DNA of 64,000 bases from Vulcanimicrobiota bacterium (GTDB lineage Bacteria; Vulcanimicrobiota; Vulcanimicrobiia; Vulcanimicrobiales; Vulcanimicrobiaceae): NCBI GenBank assembly GCA_963695225.1, contig OY968762.1, forward strand, positions 1 to 64,000. The letters run 5' to 3'. A program made the position numbers and the translations under genes. How positions within the stretch are numbered: position 1 is the first letter of the stretch; each line of letters starts with the position of its first letter. The notes beneath the pieces were generated by a model that searched no databases, was not told the origin of the DNA, and worked only from the letters and a program-made list of their open reading frames with translations. Shown piece by piece: positions 18,959 to 28,058 of this stretch.

Positions 18959-19527
18959 TCGACGCCGCTCTCCGATTCGTGACCTGGATGTTTGGGCCAG
19001 CGCAGCCGAGGGCGACGGCGACGGCGTCGGCCAAGGCCGAGCCCGACCGGCACCGGCTGCATATTCCGCGGTCGGTCATCCACGAGCTGCGCGAAGTAAC
19101 ACGCCCGAATCGGCATCGGCTTGAACCGCTCGCGTTTCTCCGGGTTCGTTTTGCGTCGGAAGATAGCCGAACAGTGGTCGTCGCCATCGGCGTTCTTCCA
19201 TTCCCCGATGAGGCGTACGTCGACGGACCCGCTGGCGCGAATTTCAGCACCGAGTGGGCGATAGACGTGGCGAACGAGGCCGCATCCGGCAACATCGGCT
19301 TGATGCTCGTCCACTCGCATGGCGGCCTCGGCATGCCGATGTTCAGCGGCGTCGATGCGCGCACCAACCGATCGATCATGGCGATGCTTGCCGTGGGCGT
19401 CGAGACGGCGCCTTTCGGTGCGGTCGTCCTGAGCGGCACTGACGCCCGCTGCGTTCTCGCGGTCCACGGCAGCTTGACCGACATGAAGGTCGTCGTCGTG
19501 CCGGACTGCTTCGGCGAACTGCGGTGA
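18955..19527 (+). CDS. JAB/MPN metallopeptidase
   Basis: HSH-x8-S-x2-D (HSHGGLGMPMFSGVD) with upstream Glu (RLEPLAF). Confidence 0.8.
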   Translation: MIDAALRFVTWMFGPAQPRATATASAKAEPDRHRLHIPRSVIHELREVTRPNRHRLEPLAFLRVRFASEDSRTVVVAIGVLPFPDEAYVDGPAGANFSTEWAIDVANEAASGNIGLMLVHSHGGLGMPMFSGVDARTNRSIMAMLAVGVETAPFGAVVLSGTDARCVLAVHGSLTDMKVVVVPDCFGELR

Positions 19528-19531
19528 GCGC

Positions 19532-20335
19532 ATGAACACGATGAGCCGCATGAGCTTTCTCGGCAACGGCCTGACCTGGCTGCGGGAAGCCACGGTCACC
19601 GTCCTCGGCGCTGGTGGCGGGGGGTCCCACCTCGCCCAGCAGGTCGCGCATCTAAGCGTCGGGCGGCTCGCCCTAGTCGACTTTGACCCGCTCGAAGACC
19701 ACAACGTCAACCGCGTCGTCGGAGCCAGCTATGGGGACGTCGGTGAGTTGAAGGTCGAGCTGCTCGCCGAGCGCTTCCGAGACCTCGGAACCCGAGTCAT
19801 CCCCGTGCCCCACAAGGCGGAGTCCCGTGAAGGTCGCCGCTGGATCGAGCAAAGCGATGTCGTCTGCGGCGCAGTCGACGGCGCGCGCGCCAGAAACAAC
19901 ATCGAAGGCTTTTGCCGAGCGGCCCTCGTGCCATATATCGACATCGGCCTGAAGATCCACGTCGCCGGCGACGAAACGACGATCCTGGCGATCGGCGGCC
20001 AGATCGTGACATCGGTTCCGGGCGGTCCGTGCCTCCGGTGCGCCGAGGTGGTCACGGACGAAGCGCTGCTGCTTGACCGTCAGGAATATCTTGCGGGGCG
20101 CCCCGAGCAGCAGGTTGTCTCGCTGAACGGCATCCTCGCGTCACAGGCCGTGAGCGGGATGCTCAGCCTCATGACCGGCTACGCGCCAGGCTTCCCGGTC
20201 CCGGCAGTCATCCGGTATGATGGCCTCACGCACACCATGAAACCGGACCCGTACATTCACGCCCCGTGTCCGCATTATACGCTCGATGCCGCGGGCTGGC
20301 GGACCATCCTCCCGCCGCGGATCGCCGCCGCGTGA
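19532..20335 (+). CDS. ThiF/E1-like adenylyltransferase
   Basis: GAGGGGS nucleotide-binding loop, VDFD, NVNR, GAVD, PCLRC. Confidence 0.92.
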   Translation: MNTMSRMSFLGNGLTWLREATVTVLGAGGGGSHLAQQVAHLSVGRLALVDFDPLEDHNVNRVVGASYGDVGELKVELLAERFRDLGTRVIPVPHKAESREGRRWIEQSDVVCGAVDGARARNNIEGFCRAALVPYIDIGLKIHVAGDETTILAIGGQIVTSVPGGPCLRCAEVVTDEALLLDRQEYLAGRPEQQVVSLNGILASQAVSGMLSLMTGYAPGFPVPAVIRYDGLTHTMKPDPYIHAPCPHYTLDAAGWRTILPPRIAAA

Positions 20336-20895
20336 CGAATACGTCGACCGTCGTCGAGATTCTCGACGAAGCAAGAATTACCGGCGACTACGACCGCCTG
20401 ATGCGGTTGCTCTACGCTTTCCTGCTCGGCGACGTCCCCAGCAAAGACGAGATCATTCAGGAAGCACTTATCGAAATCGCAAAGAAGCTTCGCAACGGTG
20501 AGCCCAGCTTTCTCCTAGCACCGAAGCTGCGGGGCATCCTGAACATGTGCGCTCGGCGCCGTCGGAGCGAGCAAGAGCGAGCCGAGAGTCGCCTCGGCGA
20601 CACCGGCTACGAAGTCTACGACGTCGTCGCGCCCGAGACGTCCGACCCCGCCGTAATCCTCGTTCGACTGGAGGACATGGATGAAAAGATCGCGTTGCTA
20701 CGCGAGTTGCGCGACTCGAATGGGCGCTATTTCGAGGCTCTCGTCGCCGACGCTCAAGAGGTCCCTATCCCCGAGCATTTCAGAGCAAAGTTCGGGGAGA
20801 CGGTTACACCAGAGAATTCGCGCAAAATTCGCGAGCGTGCCAAACATAAACTCAGCACGAGCTTGAAGGCCCTCCGGAAGGACTCGTCGACATGA
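20332..20895 (+). CDS. Divergent ECF sigma-factor-like protein
   Basis: GTGA overlap; region-2-like DEIIQEALIEI and region-4-like TPENSRKIRERAKHKL; 187 aa. Confidence 0.6.
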   Translation: MTNTSTVVEILDEARITGDYDRLMRLLYAFLLGDVPSKDEIIQEALIEIAKKLRNGEPSFLLAPKLRGILNMCARRRRSEQERAESRLGDTGYEVYDVVAPETSDPAVILVRLEDMDEKIALLRELRDSNGRYFEALVADAQEVPIPEHFRAKFGETVTPENSRKIRERAKHKLSTSLKALRKDSST

Positions 20896-21326
20896 AGCCT
20901 CGCGACGAAATGACCGCGCTTGCGGCTGACTACATCAAGAATCGCGATACCATTGCCGAGCACGTCGGAGACGCGTTCGCGAACATCCCGCGGGCGCCGC
21001 TGGCGGCGCTCATTGACGACTTCCTGAAAACATCGCCAAGAATTGACATCGCGCCGGTCCTCAAGAAGATCGCGGACACTAACCAAGGCCAGCTCGAAGA
21101 CCTCAATTCGCCCGAGTTCCGCTCGTACCTCATTGCATCGTGCGGTACTAACGACATCCAGCTACGGAGCATCATCGGCACGCTCCTCCACTTCAATTCG
21201 TTCAGCATGACAAAGATGGATGCGGGTAGGCAGGTCACCATCGCCGCGCGCGACGAAAGCAACAGCGGGCAGAAGATCGCGACACTGAGCGAGCTCCTCG
21301 AGCAACGAGAGAAGCGTATCAGGTGA
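20892..21326 (+). CDS. Hypothetical protein, candidate anti-sigma and peptidase substrate
   Basis: Translationally coupled on both sides; TIAAR motif near the C-terminus. Confidence 0.6.
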   Translation: MKPRDEMTALAADYIKNRDTIAEHVGDAFANIPRAPLAALIDDFLKTSPRIDIAPVLKKIADTNQGQLEDLNSPEFRSYLIASCGTNDIQLRSIIGTLLHFNSFSMTKMDAGRQVTIAARDESNSGQKIATLSELLEQREKRIR

Positions 21327-21913
21327 GCCGCTTCATGTCGCACCCATCGAGGCCGAACCCGGTCGCCCTTGCGGACGAGACGCTGAGGCGTTCTGGCCAG
21401 CCGCGCTTGCCGAACGGTCGGGCTATCGACGTTGAGCGGATCGCGCGCGAGTTCTGCAAAGTCGAGCCAATGTTCATTCCCGATCTCAGCCTCGCCGGCA
21501 AGCCGCTCCTCGGGCTCTTCAGTCCAACGTTGAACGCCATCATGGTTGACAGCAGCCAAATCGAGGTGCGGCAGCGGTTCACGGTTGCTCACGAAATCGG
21601 GCATGTGCGACTCGAACACGGCCAAGGGAACGCGGCGTCGCTGTTCGGGCTCGATGAACCCGAAGTGTTCGCCTGCACGGAAGACGACCAGAACCTCGAC
21701 GCCATGGACGAGGCGCGGGCGGAATCGAAAGCCAGGCTGCGACGCGTCAAGGAGATTCGGGCGAACAAGTTCGCCGCTCATTTGTTAATGCCCGACGGGC
21801 TCGTGCGAGATGTCTGGCGGGAAGAACACGGCGACCGAGATCGCGTCGCACATGCCTTGATGGTCTCAAAAGAAGCCCTCGGATACCGTCTTGGCAGCCT
21901 CGGCCTCTCCTAG
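21323..21913 (+). CDS. ImmA/IrrE-family zinc metallopeptidase
   Basis: RQRFTVAHEIGH and EIRANKFAAHLLMP. Confidence 0.92.
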   Translation: MSRFMSHPSRPNPVALADETLRRSGQPRLPNGRAIDVERIAREFCKVEPMFIPDLSLAGKPLLGLFSPTLNAIMVDSSQIEVRQRFTVAHEIGHVRLEHGQGNAASLFGLDEPEVFACTEDDQNLDAMDEARAESKARLRRVKEIRANKFAAHLLMPDGLVRDVWREEHGDRDRVAHALMVSKEALGYRLGSLGLS

Positions 21914-22322
21914 AAAAACCGTCAAGAAAACGCGTGCTTCCATTTCGAATCGGGCAATCAGTCGGCCGGCGTAATGAGCCTTTCCTCTAAGCGGCGACTC
22001 ATCAGGTCAGAGATGGATGTTTAGAAACTGCAGGACGACGCCAATCAATGCTGCTAGAGTCCCGAGGATTGCACACCGGCGCAAGCAGGTTAATAGCCAC
22101 AGACGCGCACCGGATGGCCTTGATTACAGTAGTAGTACGCACTATCCCCGGAACGTGGAACGCTCTCCCACTTCTGAGCTCGAGGCGCTCAAATGATGAT
22201 TCGCCCAGAGGCCGAGGCCATATTTCAGGCGGTTCCCAGAGCGCGCGCCTTGCCGACAGAGGCGTCGCATTATGGCGGCAGAAACGTACACGCTTAGCCC
22301 TGCTCGATTCGGAGACAAGCCA

Positions 22323-22595
22323 TTGAGTCGCCACACCCTTATAGCTAAGAGTGCGAAGTACGAAGTCGTTATCGGATGGGACCGAGCCCTTGAGAACTTC
22401 TTCGCAGTCGTCGAAGAGGATGGCGTTGTGATCGAGTGGATCTCAGGCGAACCCTCGCCCGAAGATGTCGCGCTGCGCCTCGCTCCCTGGGCAGCCGTAC
22501 CAGAAGCGGTTATCGAGGCCCTTCGTCGGGACCGCGGCGAGGATGAAGTGAACACGTTTGTCGACCACAGGGTCGGCCTTCCCCCGTTGGCCTAG
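22323..22595 (+). CDS. Small hypothetical protein (GWD..FF motif), paralog of the N-domain of 3645-4472
   Basis: GGAG RBS before TTG 22323; internal homology. Confidence 0.7.
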   Translation: MSRHTLIAKSAKYEVVIGWDRALENFFAVVEEDGVVIEWISGEPSPEDVALRLAPWAAVPEAVIEALRRDRGEDEVNTFVDHRVGLPPLA

Positions 22596-22638
22596 TTGAG
22601 CCGCGGCCGCGGCCGCGTTAGAATCGAACTAGTGTTCG
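22596..22638 (+). promoter_or_regulatory. Sigma70 promoter with adjacent LexA (GAAC-N4-GTTC) box
   Basis: TTGAGC-17bp-TAGAAT (22596-22624) followed by CGAACTAGTGTTCG (22625-22638), then GGAGGGAG-ATG. Confidence 0.75.
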
Positions 22639-22655
22639 TAGACGGAGGGAGTACG

Positions 22656-22851
22656 ATGCCAAACCGCCGCGCCTCGATAGTCGCCACCGCGACAATGATG
22701 GTGCGATCTGCGCCAAGCGCAATGCTACGCTCGTGCCTACGCTTCGGAAGACCGGGGGCGATGATTTCCTAGGGGATTTTCCGAAGCGATACGACTCTTG
22801 GCTCGGTCTTCGACTAAGACGGATGCTGATTCGCTTAAGAGGCACTCTTGA
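22656..22851 (+). pseudogene. Frameshifted small hypothetical gene under the SOS promoter
   Basis: Strong RBS; protein-like text LDSRHRDNDGAI.AKR.ATLVPTLRKT.GDDF / FRSDTTLG is split over different frames. Confidence 0.5.
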
Positions 22852-23064
22852 AACACCACCGGCGCCTGGGAATTGGCCTGGAACCCGTTAGCGACGCAGC
22901 TTGTCCCGTCGCTCGCGGTGGCGTAGAAGATCAATAAGAGGTAGGTCAAACCGACATTCGTGTCACTAGCCCAACGAAATCCGCGAACACCTGTGCCGGA
23001 ACGAAGACGACGACGCCGGCGACCGCGACATGCGGGCAATGAATCGTCATGACATGAGGAGCGC

Positions 23065-24642
23065 ATGAACGCGACTGGCACTCACAAGATTACTCCGTCG
23101 AACCCACGCATCGCATCTCTCCTGACGGACGTATCGCGTGGGAACATAAAGATCCCAGTGTTTCAGCGAGATTTCGTATGGCTCGATGACCAGATAATGA
23201 GTCTGCTGGATTCCATCTACCGTGGGTACCCCGTTGGCTCGCTGCTTCTCTGGTCTACGAAAGAGCGACTCGTGCACGACAGAAGCGTTGGCGGATTTGT
23301 TCTACCTGACACACCGGAGGACTACCCGGTAAATTACGTTCTCGACGGTCAACAACGGCTGACGACGCTCTATGGTGTCTTTAATTCCGACGCCAGAACG
23401 GATGACCCGGAGTTGTCTGGCCGATTCAACGTCTGCTTCGTTCCTGCGGACGAGACGTTTATGCACGCGTCGGTGGCGGACCCGGCGAAGTCCATAAACC
23501 TGCACGTTATCTTGGACACGACTCGCCTCTTACCCGAACTGGCGCGGTTTTCGGACGAGGACAAGAAGAAGATCGCCTATTTGACCGAGCGATTCAAGGA
23601 CTACGAGTTTCCCGTCGTGACGATCCGGGACCGGACGAATCAAGAAGTGTGTAGGGTGTTCCAACGGATCAATTCGTCAGGAACTAGCCTCAGTACGCTG
23701 GAGCTATTGGCGGCATGGACGTGGTCGGAAGAGTTCGATCTACGGGCTGAAATCGAGACGCTGTTGGATAGGCTCAGCGACAAAGGCTACGGCGAACTCG
23801 ACGACAACCTTCTAATGCGTTGCCTCGCCTCGATTGTGCTTGGCTCGATTGATGCCGATGCGTTGGTCGACGCAGCGCCCGACAAATTGATTCAGGGAAT
23901 GTCAACCCTAAAGCAGGCGGCCTTTGCCACGGTTGATTTTCTCGACAAGGAACTCAAGATCAAGAACCTCGTGTTCCTGCCATTTCCAATTATGCTTGTC
24001 CCGCTCGTCAACTTTTTCTCCAAAACACTGAAGCCGACCGCCGCCCATCTTGCCGGACTACGGAAGTGGTTCTGGTATTGCTCCTTCACGCAACGATACA
24101 AAGCGGGCACCAATACATTGGTGATGGAGGATTTAAGAAACATGGCAAGGCTTGCGGAGGGCGAGGCGGTCTTCGACGCACTAAGCCCGAGTGTCGACAC
24201 TGCGCTCTTTCGAAAGACGTGGCGGATCAACTCCACGGCGGCGAAGGCGACTATTTGCCTTCTTGCGCAGTCCCATCCGCGAAGTTTTCTTAACGGGGCT
24301 CCAGTTGACCTCGGAAGTGCATTGGCTGCCTATAACGCACGCGAATTCCACCACATCTATCCGAAGGGGTTTCTGGCCAACATCGGCATCCCATTTCACG
24401 AATCGAACGTAATCGCAAACGTGTGTCTTTTAACGTCCGCTGACAATCGCACAATCAGCGATCGTGACCCCGTGAACTATCTCGCCGAGCTTCCTGCGGC
24501 TCTTCGAACACAGATCTTAGAGTCGGCACTTATCCCCGCGGTCGCTGGCGATGGGTCAAAACCATATGCTGAGTTCCTTTCCCTTCGGGCGGAGGCGCTT
24601 GCAGCAGCAGCGTCGCGCCAAATCAGTACTGGTTCGGCATAA
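23065..24642 (+). CDS. DUF262 (GmrSD/ParB-like) protein with C-terminal HNH-like domain
   Basis: IPVFQRDFVW, GYPVGSLLLW, VLDGQQRLTTL, FQRINSSG, EFHHIYPK..N....N. Confidence 0.9.
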   Translation: MNATGTHKITPSNPRIASLLTDVSRGNIKIPVFQRDFVWLDDQIMSLLDSIYRGYPVGSLLLWSTKERLVHDRSVGGFVLPDTPEDYPVNYVLDGQQRLTTLYGVFNSDARTDDPELSGRFNVCFVPADETFMHASVADPAKSINLHVILDTTRLLPELARFSDEDKKKIAYLTERFKDYEFPVVTIRDRTNQEVCRVFQRINSSGTSLSTLELLAAWTWSEEFDLRAEIETLLDRLSDKGYGELDDNLLMRCLASIVLGSIDADALVDAAPDKLIQGMSTLKQAAFATVDFLDKELKIKNLVFLPFPIMLVPLVNFFSKTLKPTAAHLAGLRKWFWYCSFTQRYKAGTNTLVMEDLRNMARLAEGEAVFDALSPSVDTALFRKTWRINSTAAKATICLLAQSHPRSFLNGAPVDLGSALAAYNAREFHHIYPKGFLANIGIPFHESNVIANVCLLTSADNRTISDRDPVNYLAELPAALRTQILESALIPAVAGDGSKPYAEFLSLRAEALAAAASRQISTGSA

Positions 24643-24837
24643 GTACGGAGTTGCAGGGCGCCCGTGTTGACGGATGCGTGAGCCACTCGATCATGATACT
24701 TGCGTGTAAATGAGGCCGGCTTGGCGCCGCGTTCCGCGATGCGCTCTTCGCAACATGTGGAGCGCCTGGGCGAGGACCGGAGTGGGCAATGGAGTTGCTT
24801 CCATGCCGACCGAGGCTAACAGGCGCAAATTTTGCGT

Positions 24838-24851
24838 CGAACGTATGTTTG
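24838..24851 (+). promoter_or_regulatory. Possible second LexA box upstream of the methyltransferase
   Basis: CGAACGTATGTTTG (one mismatch to CGAAC-N4-GTTCG), 7 nt before GATAAT. Confidence 0.45.
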
Positions 24852-24945
24852 CCCACAAGATAATGTGGAAGATGCGTGGAAACCCGTGGATCACCCGTGG
24901 GTCGCACTGCCCCGCTTGCCGGAGGATACTGCCATAGCCGTCGCG

Positions 24946-26358
24946 ATGCGTGTCGAGCCTTCAGATGTTCGTCCCCGCCGGGGGCACCGGCGGCCGGTAG
25001 GGATCGATCTCTTCGCAGGAGTCGGCGGCCTGTCGCTCGGCTTCGAACAAGCCGGCTTCGACGTCGTCGCATCTGTCGAATACGATCCTGTGCACGCCGC
25101 CGTCCATGAGTTCAATTTCCCGCTCACGAAGGTGGTCTGTTCGGACATCGGCTGCCTGTCGGCCGAGCGGCTCTTGGCGGCTGCGCGCGAAGGCTTTGTC
25201 CGACACGGCCACTCTGCCGAGGACTGGAACCCCGCCGAGATTGACGTTGTTTTTGGCGGCCCGCCGTGCCAGGGCTTCTCAACGATCGGCAAGCGCGACC
25301 CGTCCGACGACCGCAACAAACTAGGCTATAAGTTCGCTGACCTAATTGGCGCAATCAGACCGCGCTACTTTGCCATGGAGAACGTGCCGGGAATGGCTGC
25401 CGGTGGACACGCGAGCATTCTCGCGCGGCTCATTGCCCGCTTTCGTAAGCATGGTTACGAAGTCGCCGTGCAACTAGAAGAGGTTCGGAGGCAGGCGATC
25501 CTCAACGCCGCAGACTTCGGCGTCCCTCAGGATCGGCGTCGACTCATCTTGCTCGGCGCCCGGGAAGGACAGCCGCTGCCATCGTATCCGGCGCCGACGG
25601 TACGGCCGGCCTCGAAGCGCTCTGGCGACCAGCGCGTTACGGACCCGTCCGACGTCTTGTCGCCGGGCCCAACGGTCGGGGACGCTCTGCTCGATCTCCC
25701 CGATCTTGATGGCTTCGACGAGCTAATTTCGACCGACGAAGTTGCGCTGAGGGCCCGGCAGTTCGAGCGATTAACGCGGCTCGCGTCCGACTACGTCCGC
25801 CGATTGCGCGGCATGGACGAAGATCCCTACGATTTGTCACATCGACGGCTATGGGCGCCGCGCGTGCTGACGTCGTCGATGCGTACCGTTCATACTGCCG
25901 AGTCGATTCATCGCTTCGCCTCGACCCGGCAAGGAGATACCGAGCCGATTTCGCGCTTCTATCGTCTGGACGCTCGTGGGTTATGCAACACACTTCGCGC
26001 GGGCACGGGCAGCGAACGCGGTGCTTACACTTCCCCGCGCCCCATCCATCCGACGCTTGATCGGGTGCTCTCCGTTCGCGAGGCCGCTCGGCTGCACTCG
26101 TTTCCCGACTGGTTCCGATTGCACAGGACGAAATGGAATGGTTTCCGGAGCATCGGGAACGCAGTTCCGCCGCTGCTCGGGCGGGCTATCGGTCGAGCGA
26201 TTGTCGAAGCGCTGGACGTCGAGCCGATTCGCCCGGCGCAAGAGATCGCGCTTGGTAATCCGGTCTTGCTTGGCTTGAACCGGCTTCAAGCGGCTGCATA
26301 CTTCGATGCTGACGAGCGGTTTATCCCGAAGGTCCGCAAGCGTCTGACGGTGGTATAA
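24946..26358 (+). CDS. DNA cytosine-C5 methyltransferase
   Basis: IDLFAGVGG, GGPPCQGFS, MENVPG, GVPQDRRR, REAARLHSFPD, IGNAVPP; start approximate. Confidence 0.95.
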   Translation: MRVEPSDVRPRRGHRRPVGIDLFAGVGGLSLGFEQAGFDVVASVEYDPVHAAVHEFNFPLTKVVCSDIGCLSAERLLAAAREGFVRHGHSAEDWNPAEIDVVFGGPPCQGFSTIGKRDPSDDRNKLGYKFADLIGAIRPRYFAMENVPGMAAGGHASILARLIARFRKHGYEVAVQLEEVRRQAILNAADFGVPQDRRRLILLGAREGQPLPSYPAPTVRPASKRSGDQRVTDPSDVLSPGPTVGDALLDLPDLDGFDELISTDEVALRARQFERLTRLASDYVRRLRGMDEDPYDLSHRRLWAPRVLTSSMRTVHTAESIHRFASTRQGDTEPISRFYRLDARGLCNTLRAGTGSERGAYTSPRPIHPTLDRVLSVREAARLHSFPDWFRLHRTKWNGFRSIGNAVPPLLGRAIGRAIVEALDVEPIRPAQEIALGNPVLLGLNRLQAAAYFDADERFIPKVRKRLTVV

Positions 26359-27191
26359 TGGCGAAGCCAGCAAAGGCGGGCATGTATGCCGCCGTGATCG
26401 ACCGGTTGTTCTTTTCCCGATATGAAGCCGGAAAGACGGAACTTGATTTCGACCGTGCCGAAATCGATTCGACGGCCCGCGAACTTGGTCTGGACGTCGC
26501 GAAGAACCTCGGAGACTTAGTCTACTCATTTAAGTTTCGGCGCGACTTGCCGGCCGCGATCCGGGCCACCGCACCGGAAGGCTTGGAATGGCGGCTTACC
26601 AACAGCGGTCGAGCGCGATACAAGTTCATTCTGGGGCCACAATTCCGGGTCGAACCCGACGCGACGCTGGCGGAAACGAAGATACCGGATGCAACCCCTG
26701 GTATCATCGCCAAATACGCACTCTCAGACGAGCAAGCGCTATTAGCGAAGCTGCGCTACAATCGTCTAGTCGATATTTTTACGGGTGTGACATGCTATTC
26801 GCTGCAGAATCATCTACGCACGAGCGTTCTCGTCGACGCTGAGACTAGCGAGACGATGCAGATCGAGACAGACGAGATCTACGTCGGCGTTGATCGAAGG
26901 GGCGCGCACTACGTATTCCCAGTCCAGGCGAAAGGCGGGAGCGATAAGATCGCCATTCAGCAGATCGAGCAAGACGTGCTGCTCTGCCAACAGAAGTTTC
27001 ATGAACTCATTTGCGTCCCAATCGCGGCGCAGTTCATGTCCGGCGATGTAATAGTGCTCTTCGCGTTCGAGTCGTCAGCGGACGGCCCTCGCAAGAGCGT
27101 GGAGCGCCACTACCGACTCGTCGCCGAGGACGACGTTTCGGACGGCGATCTTAAGACCTATCGCGAACGCCTAGGCTCCGACCGTTTCTAG
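26358..27191 (+). CDS. Putative PD-(D/E)xK restriction endonuclease
   Basis: Coupled to the MTase (TAATG); QIETDEIYVG...PVQAKGG. Confidence 0.75.
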   Translation: MAKPAKAGMYAAVIDRLFFSRYEAGKTELDFDRAEIDSTARELGLDVAKNLGDLVYSFKFRRDLPAAIRATAPEGLEWRLTNSGRARYKFILGPQFRVEPDATLAETKIPDATPGIIAKYALSDEQALLAKLRYNRLVDIFTGVTCYSLQNHLRTSVLVDAETSETMQIETDEIYVGVDRRGAHYVFPVQAKGGSDKIAIQQIEQDVLLCQQKFHELICVPIAAQFMSGDVIVLFAFESSADGPRKSVERHYRLVAEDDVSDGDLKTYRERLGSDRF

Positions 27192-27219
27192 AGCTCGGGC
27201 TCTGGGGCCGAAGGCGCGT

Positions 27220-27852
27220 TTGACCGCGCGCATGGTCGCGGAACGGGCGAGGTCGTATTTTCTCGCCGAGGGTCGCGAGTTTCCGTGGCGTGCGGCGCGC
27301 AACCCGTTCCATCTCGCGATTGCCGAAATACTCTTGCAGAGGACGCGCGCTCAAAGCGTCATCCCGACATACTCGGCGATGATTGCTCGTTACCCAACAC
27401 CGTCGGCGCTGGGTGGGGCGTCTCTCCTGGAACTTGAGACGGCGCTGCTGCCTCTCGGGCTCTCAAAGAAGCGAGCTAGGCAACTCGTTGGGATGGGCGC
27501 CGCGGCACGCGATCTCGGCGAAACGATTTTCGGGGATTGGCGGGCATTGCTGACTGATGTTCCTGGGCTAGGTGCATATGCTGCGCGCGCGATTGCGTGT
27601 TTCGGGGGAGGCGAGCCCGTTGGGATCGTGGACGCGAACATCGCGCGAATTTTGCGGCGTGTCTTCCGCATACGCACGACCGATCCACGCGCCGCCGCCT
27701 ATCAGTGCCATGCCGATGAGGTGGCCGTCGCTGCTGTCGATCCACGGGCGACAAACTTCGGTTTGCTTGATGTCGGCGCGGTAGTATGTGCTCCGAGACC
27801 GATGTGTGATCGCTGCCCATTCGCCGATTTCTGCCCACGCTATGGCGTATGA
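27220..27852 (+). CDS. HhH-GPD DNA glycosylase with 4Fe-4S motif (Mig/short MutY-like)
   Basis: FPWR, AEILLQRT, VPGLGAYAA, VDANIAR, C-x5-C-x2-C-x5-C; 210 aa with no MutT-like tail. Confidence 0.85.
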   Translation: MTARMVAERARSYFLAEGREFPWRAARNPFHLAIAEILLQRTRAQSVIPTYSAMIARYPTPSALGGASLLELETALLPLGLSKKRARQLVGMGAAARDLGETIFGDWRALLTDVPGLGAYAARAIACFGGGEPVGIVDANIARILRRVFRIRTTDPRAAAYQCHADEVAVAAVDPRATNFGLLDVGAVVCAPRPMCDRCPFADFCPRYGV

Positions 27853-28058
27853 AGCGCTCTCGGACCGAACATTGAGTCTCATATTCGTCATCGTGGGCAT
27901 CGTCGTCTGCGGCGCGAGAATCTGGTACGGTTTCGAACAGCGGGAATTGAAGGCCATCAAGCGTTTGAGTTTCAGTTGCTCAGAGGTGTCTCGTCGAGGC
28001 GCGGCGTCCAGTTGAAAAGAAGCTCGAAGACCGTGGTCTCTTGCGGCGACCCGCTTGG

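Noticed and set aside
27220..27852. Housekeeping mutY
   Set aside because: Too short, altered recognition motif, and embedded in a mobile R-M operon
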